This document shows positions 59,384 to 64,000 of a stretch of DNA of 64,000 nt, piece by piece. The notes under the pieces were generated by a model, which made no database searches, had not been told where the DNA came from, and was given only the letters and a program-made list of their open reading frames with translations. Source of the stretch: an uncultured Acidobacteriota bacterium (GTDB taxonomy: Bacteria; Acidobacteriota; Thermoanaerobaculia; Multivoradales; UBA5704); assembly GCA_963700145.1 (NCBI GenBank), contig OY969474.1:96001-160000 (forward strand), given 5' to 3'. Made by a program: the position numbers and the translations under genes. Each line of letters begins with the position of its first letter. The stretch's first letter is position 1.

Positions 59384-61000
59384 ATGGAGGGCCGCGAGCT
59401 CACCGACCGCTACCGCCTCGAGAAGATCCTCAAATCGACGCCGGCGACGACCGTGATGGCGGCGGTGGAGGCGGCGAGCGGGCGGCCGGTGGTCATCAAG
59501 CTGGTGCACCCGCGCTCTGCGGCGGGGCTGGACGTGGCGCGCTCGCGCTTCGCGCACTGGGCCGCGACGGTCCGCGCGCTCTCCCAGCCGGCGTTCCCGG
59601 CGATCCTGGAGGCCGGCTTCGACGCCGAGGGGAGCGCCTTCCTGGTCGTCGAGAGGCTGTCCGGCCGCAGCTTCGATACGGCGCCGCCGTCGCCCGGCCG
59701 CGCGGCGGCGCTCCTCGTCGGCATCGGCGAAGCGCTCGCCCCCCTCGCCAAGCGCGGGCTCGCCCACGGCAACCTCGCCGCCGACAACCTCTGGCTGGCG
59801 CCGGCCCCACAGGGCGGCGAGGAGGTGAAGCTCCTCGGGCTCGGCACCGCGCCCTTCCGCGGCGACGAGTTCGGCGAGGCCGCCATCGCCGCCGATGCCG
59901 CGGCCCTCGCCGACCTGCGCGAGCGATTCGCCCCGGCGGACGCGGTCGCGGCGGAAGCGGCGGCCGCAGCGGCTGCCGAGGCGGCCGCCGACGCCGAGAA
60001 CGCGCCAATCGACGGTGAGCCGGAGGAGGAGGTGCTCTCGCCGGTCGACGAGGAGATCCTCCACGCCCCGCCCGAGCCGCCGCCGATGCCGGTTGCGCCC
60101 GCCGCTGCCGCGCCGGCGCCGCCTCCGGTCGAGCCGGAGACCGCGCCGGGCCTGCCGCGGGCGCTCTGGGGCGGCCTCGCGGCGGCGGCCGTGGTCGTGC
60201 TGGTCGGGTTGGCCTTTCTTCTCCTCGGTCGCGGCGAGCCGCCGCCGGCGCGCGCGGCCGCCGTGCCCGCCCCTGCCGTGCCGGCGCCGCGCGGTCCCGG
60301 GCCGGACGACCTGGTCCTCGCCGGCGACGGCGCTCACGTCCGCGAGTGGGCGGCGGCGCACTTCGAAGCGCGCGCCGAGGAGGGGGCCCGCGCCGGCGAC
60401 TACGCCGCCGCGTTGGCGGCGCTCGGCACGGTCGAGAGCGGCTGGCCGGCGCGGCCTGGGCTCGCCGCCCGGCTCGCGGCGCTGCGCGACCACCGGGACG
60501 CCGAGCCGGCGCAGCAGGCCTTCCTCGAAACGCTGCCGGGCTTCGAGCGGCGGCGGAAGCCGGACGAAGGGCTGGCGGAGCTGGCGCGCGTCGAGCCGAC
60601 GCCGCACCTGGCACCGGCCTTCGCCGAGGCGCGCCGGCGGCTGGAGGAGCAGCTCGCCGCCCTCGACCGCGAGCCGCCGGTCGTCGAGCTGCGCGAGGGG
60701 TACCTCTTGCAATACGCGCGCGGCACCGTCGCCGAGCTGAGCTTCCGCGCCCGCGACGACTACGGCGTCGAGCGGGTGCGGATCTTCGCCCGCCCACCGG
60801 GAGGCTCGTTCCGCGAGCTGCGGGCCGAGCGCGACTCCTTCGGCCATACCGTGGCGATCGGCCCCGACTTCCACGGCAACGGCACGGTCGGCGTCTACGT
60901 CGTCGCCATCGACGTCTCCGGCCACGAAGGGCGGCTCGGCAGCCGCGAGCGCCCGCTCGAGCTCCGCCGCACGGAAGGGTTCGAGCGGATGGTCCATTGA
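59384..61000 (+). CDS. Membrane-anchored Ser/Thr kinase-like protein, probable pseudokinase
   Basis: RYRLEK and VVIK motifs; HGNLAADN in place of HRDLKxxN and LLGLG in place of DFG; Pro-rich linker, TM helix and extracellular Ig-like tail. Confidence 0.72.
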   Translation: MEGRELTDRYRLEKILKSTPATTVMAAVEAASGRPVVIKLVHPRSAAGLDVARSRFAHWAATVRALSQPAFPAILEAGFDAEGSAFLVVERLSGRSFDTAPPSPGRAAALLVGIGEALAPLAKRGLAHGNLAADNLWLAPAPQGGEEVKLLGLGTAPFRGDEFGEAAIAADAAALADLRERFAPADAVAAEAAAAAAAEAAADAENAPIDGEPEEEVLSPVDEEILHAPPEPPPMPVAPAAAAPAPPPVEPETAPGLPRALWGGLAAAAVVVLVGLAFLLLGRGEPPPARAAAVPAPAVPAPRGPGPDDLVLAGDGAHVREWAAAHFEARAEEGARAGDYAAALAALGTVESGWPARPGLAARLAALRDHRDAEPAQQAFLETLPGFERRRKPDEGLAELARVEPTPHLAPAFAEARRRLEEQLAALDREPPVVELREGYLLQYARGTVAELSFRARDDYGVERVRIFARPPGGSFRELRAERDSFGHTVAIGPDFHGNGTVGVYVVAIDVSGHEGRLGSRERPLELRRTEGFERMVH

Positions 61001-61091
61001 TGTCATCCCGAGCGAAGCCGAGGGATCTGGGCGGGGGAGCGCAATGCATGCCTTCCCGCCCCCAGATTCCTCGGCTGCGCTCGGAATGACA
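61001..61091. repeat. REP/MITE-like palindromic element
   Basis: Terminal inverted arms TGTCATCCCGAGCGAAGCCGAGGGATCTGG and CCAGATTCCTCGGCTGCGCTCGGAATGACA. Confidence 0.8.
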
Positions 61092-61167
61092 AAGCAACTG
61101 GCACACCTCTTGCGACCTCGACCAGCCGGGTGCAACGGGAAGCTCACGCGAACCAAGGGAGATCGAG

Positions 61168-61602
61168 ATGGCGGAAAAAGCCGAAAAGAGACCGGCGGAG
61201 GTGCTGCGCGAGCAGGCCCGCCGGCAGTCGTCGCTGCTCGTCACGCGGGCACGCGGGCAGGTGGAAGGTCTGGTGGCGGAGCGCAAGGACCAGGCGGCCG
61301 AGCGGCTGGACGCCCTCGCCGGCTCGCTGCGCAGCACGGCGAGCCGCCTGCAGGACACGCAGGTCGGGCCGCTGGCCCAGTACGCCGACCAGGCGGCTTC
61401 GCAGGTCGACCGGGTGACCGGCTACCTGCGCGAGCGGGACCTCGAGGGGCTGCTGGAGGACGTCGAGCAGTTCGCCCGCCGGCGCCCCGAGGTGTTCCTG
61501 GCCGGCACCTTCCTCGCCGGGCTGCTGCTGGCCCGGTTCCTCAAGAGCTCGGGCGAGCGGCGGGCCGAGAAGCCCGCCCGGCGCCGGGCCAAGACGGCGT
61601 GA
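61168..61602 (+). CDS. Small coiled-coil protein with C-terminal TM (ElaB/YqjD-like stress protein)
   Basis: DVEQFARRRPEVFLAGTFLAGLLLARFLKS motif. Confidence 0.7.
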   Translation: MAEKAEKRPAEVLREQARRQSSLLVTRARGQVEGLVAERKDQAAERLDALAGSLRSTASRLQDTQVGPLAQYADQAASQVDRVTGYLRERDLEGLLEDVEQFARRRPEVFLAGTFLAGLLLARFLKSSGERRAEKPARRRAKTA

Positions 61603-61610
61603 CGGAGGGG

Positions 61611-62015
61611 ATGACGATGGCGAAGCGTTCAAAGTCGAAGACGGCCGACCGCGAGCTCGACGACCTCGAGCTCGAGCTGGACGAGAGCGGCGGCGAGAAC
61701 GGCCGCAAGGGGCTACGTCAGCTGCTGGAGGAGAAGCCGCTGGCGGCGGGGATCGTGGGGCTCACGCTCGGGCTGCTGGCCGGGCTGACGGTCCCCGTCT
61801 CGCGGCGGGAGAACGAGCTGCTCGGCTCGACCCGCGACCGCCTGCTCGAAGAGGCGCGGCGCAAGGGGCGCGAAGCCCTCGACCGCGGCAAGGAGGCGGC
61901 GCGCGGCGCCGTCGCCCTGGCCGCCGGCGAGATCGCCGGCGCCGCGGCCAGCGTGGCGACGAAGCCGGCGCGGAAGAGCCGCCGGCGGGCGCCGCGGGCC
62001 ACGACGCCGGACTAG
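61611..62015 (+). CDS. Small membrane-anchored protein (DUF883/DUF3618-neighbourhood type)
   Basis: GGAGG RBS; EEKPLAAGIVGLTLGLLAGLTVPVSRRENELLG motif. Confidence 0.65.
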   Translation: MTMAKRSKSKTADRELDDLELELDESGGENGRKGLRQLLEEKPLAAGIVGLTLGLLAGLTVPVSRRENELLGSTRDRLLEEARRKGREALDRGKEAARGAVALAAGEIAGAAASVATKPARKSRRRAPRATTPD

Positions 62016-63088
62016 AACAGGCCGAGCTGCGCGCCGGGTTCCGGCGGGCGGCGGAAAGCCGCGGTCGAGAGCTCCGGCCCCTCCTCCGGGTAGCCGAGCT
62101 TGCGGCAGCTGGTCTCGAAGAGCGCCCGCATCTGCTCGGCGAAGATCCCGTCCCCGCGCATCCGGCTGCCGAAGCGCGGGTCGTTGAGCCGGCCGCCGCG
62201 CAGGCTGCGGATGCGGTTGAGCACCTTGTCGGCGCGGTCGGGGTAGTGCTCGGAAAGCCACTGCTGGAAAAGGCCGGCCACGGCGCCTGGCAGACGCACC
62301 GGCAGGAAGCGGGCGGAGACCGCGCCGGCCTCGTGCGCCGCCTTGAGGATCGCCGGCATCTCGTGGTCGGTGAGGCCCGGGATGACCGGCGAGACCAGGA
62401 CCGCGCAGGGCACGCCCTGCGCCGTCAGGTCGGCGATCGCCTCCAGCCGCCGGCGCGGGTGCGCCGTCCGCGGCTCCATCCGCTGCGCCAGCTCGCCGTC
62501 GAGCGTCGTCACCGAGAGACAGACCAGCGCCGCATGGTCGCGCGCCAGGTCGGCGAGGAGGTCGGCGTCCCGCCGCACCAGCGCGTTCTTGGTCACGATG
62601 ACCACCGGGTTGCGGAACTCCGCCAGCACCTCCAGGCACCGCCGGGTCAGCTCCAGCTTCCGCTCGATCGGCTGGTAGCAGTCGGTGACCCCGCTCATGG
62701 CGATCACCTGCGGCGTCCACCGCGGCGAGGCCAGCTCGGCGCGCAGCAGCTCCGGCGCGTCCTCCTTGACCATGATCCGGGTCTCGAAGTCGAGGCCCGC
62801 CGAGAAGCCGAGGTACTCATGCGTCGGACGAGCAAAACAATAAAGGCAGCCGTGTTCGCATCCTCGGTACGGGTTGACGGAGGTCTCGAAGCCGACGTCG
62901 GGGCTGTCGTTGCGGGCGATGATGCTGCGCGTCGTGTCGCGCAGGTAGAGCGTCGGCACCCGGTCCGGCGGCGGCTCCTCGGCGTCGGTGAAATCGACCG
63001 AGAGGTGGGTGAAGCGGTTCGCCGGGTTCCCCGACGCCGCTCGGCCTTTGGGCGGCCCGGTGGGCGGTGCGCCGTTCATCGCAGGCAT
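62012..63088 (-). CDS. PA0069 family radical SAM protein (spore photoproduct lyase-like)
   Basis: NPYRGCEHGCLYCFARPTH CxxxCxxC motif, TDCYQPIE and C-terminal QLGLF. Confidence 0.9.
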   Translation of the reverse strand: MPAMNGAPPTGPPKGRAASGNPANRFTHLSVDFTDAEEPPPDRVPTLYLRDTTRSIIARNDSPDVGFETSVNPYRGCEHGCLYCFARPTHEYLGFSAGLDFETRIMVKEDAPELLRAELASPRWTPQVIAMSGVTDCYQPIERKLELTRRCLEVLAEFRNPVVIVTKNALVRRDADLLADLARDHAALVCLSVTTLDGELAQRMEPRTAHPRRRLEAIADLTAQGVPCAVLVSPVIPGLTDHEMPAILKAAHEAGAVSARFLPVRLPGAVAGLFQQWLSEHYPDRADKVLNRIRSLRGGRLNDPRFGSRMRGDGIFAEQMRALFETSCRKLGYPEEGPELSTAAFRRPPEPGAQLGLF

Positions 63089-63120
63089 TCTACCGCCTCT
63101 TTTACGCCTGCGCCAACGGC

Positions 63121-63300
63121 CGCGACCGTCGTGGAGGAGCTACGACCGCCGTGGACATGCCACGACCGTCGTGGAACCGCCACGACCCTCGCGGAGCGCC
63201 CGCGACCGTCGTGGAGCGCCCACGGCCGCCGTGGAGGGCCCACGGCCGTCGTGGAGCGCCTGCGGCGGTCGTAGAAGCTCCACGATCGTCGTGGAGCTCC
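63121..63300. repeat. Tandem array of 9 x 20 bp with palindromic core CCACGACCGTCGTGG
   Basis: Units start exactly at 63121, 63141 ... 63281; consensus CACGACCGTCGTGGAGCGCC. Confidence 0.9.
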
Positions 63301-63315
63301 CACGGCAGCTTCCCC

Positions 63316-64000
63316 CTACTTGATCTTCTTCCCCGGCACGTCCCGCCCGCCCTGGTGCAGCACCAGGCCGGTGGCCGTTCCCGCCCCGTCGACGACGAAA
63401 TCGACCTGCGCGTCCACCACCTCGAGGAAGAACCTGGTCTCGCTCTCGGCGAAGATCTCGAAGCGCGGCTGGCCGGTGGCCTGGGTGAAGAGCTTCTCCC
63501 CCTCCTGCGTCACCACGAGCGTGAAGCCCGGGAAGAGCTCGTACTCCCCGACGTAGCGCGCCAGGATCTCGGGCGCGATCCGCACCGCGGCGCGCTTGGC
63601 CGGCGGCACCTCGTCGGTCTTGACCGCCTCCTCGTCGCCCCCCTGGCGGTGGTGGAGGACCATGCCGGTCACCTTCCCGGCGGCGTCGCGCCGGAAGCTC
63701 GCCCGCTCGAACGAGTCGGGGTAGAAGAACTCGGTCTCCGAGAACGGCAGCGCTTCCAGCTTCTCGCTGCCGGTGCGCTGGGTGAAGAGGCGGTTCCCTT
63801 CGCGCGTCACGACGCGCGTCGTCGCTGCGTCGATGCGGTAGACGCCGGTGTAGCGGTCGAGCACCTCCGGGGCGAGCGCGACGACCGGCGGGTCCTCGAT
63901 CGACTCGCCGAGCGCCAGGAGCGCGACCTTGGTCGCCACCGTGTCGGGATCGGGCTCGTGCCCCAGGGCGTTCGAGAGCACCGCCACGAAGAGCCCCGCG
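63316..64000 (-). CDS. C-terminal part of a serine hydrolase (beta-lactamase family) with two DUF3471-like domains; 5' truncated
   Basis: FVAVLSN (end of the lactamase domain), then LDRYTGVY and LARYVGEY repeats. Confidence 0.8.
   Translation of the reverse strand, partial: AGLFVAVLSNALGHEPDPDTVATKVALLALGESIEDPPVVALAPEVLDRYTGVYRIDAATTRVVTREGNRLFTQRTGSEKLEALPFSETEFFYPDSFERASFRRDAAGKVTGMVLHHRQGGDEEAVKTDEVPPAKRAAVRIAPEILARYVGEYELFPGFTLVVTQEGEKLFTQATGQPRFEIFAESETRFFLEVVDAQVDFVVDGAGTATGLVLHQGGRDVPGKKIK

Overview
This is a very GC-rich bacterial window. Acidobacteriota (Thermoanaerobaculia-like) is inferred from the two duplicated orphan ABC permeases and the many secreted peptidases and BNR proteins. 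It contains about 40 genes; I recognised no rRNA, tRNA, transposase, integrase or CRISPR array. Highlights: (1) a minus-strand cluster of a 58-aa Trp-containing peptide (strong RBS, below the ORF-track cutoff), a ComQ-like isoprenyl transferase and a PDZ/multi-TM hybrid histidine kinase. It looks like a ComX-ComQ-ComP-type prenylated-peptide signalling system far outside Bacillus, and it is preceded by a structured leader ending in an intrinsic terminator. (2) A low-GC nuclease-STAND NTPase gene flanked by a ~100-bp duplication of the 3' end of a neighbouring reductase gene. (3) Three unrelated intergenic tandem arrays of palindromic cores with a strict 20- or 21-bp period. (4) Further conflict-system candidates: TIR-beta-propeller, an AbiEii-like toxin pair, a cytoplasmic S8 protease plus MBL hydrolase, and an orphan contractile tail sheath. 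(5) Tandem zinc peptidases with knottin-like tails. All calls come from motif recognition by eye; no searches were run.
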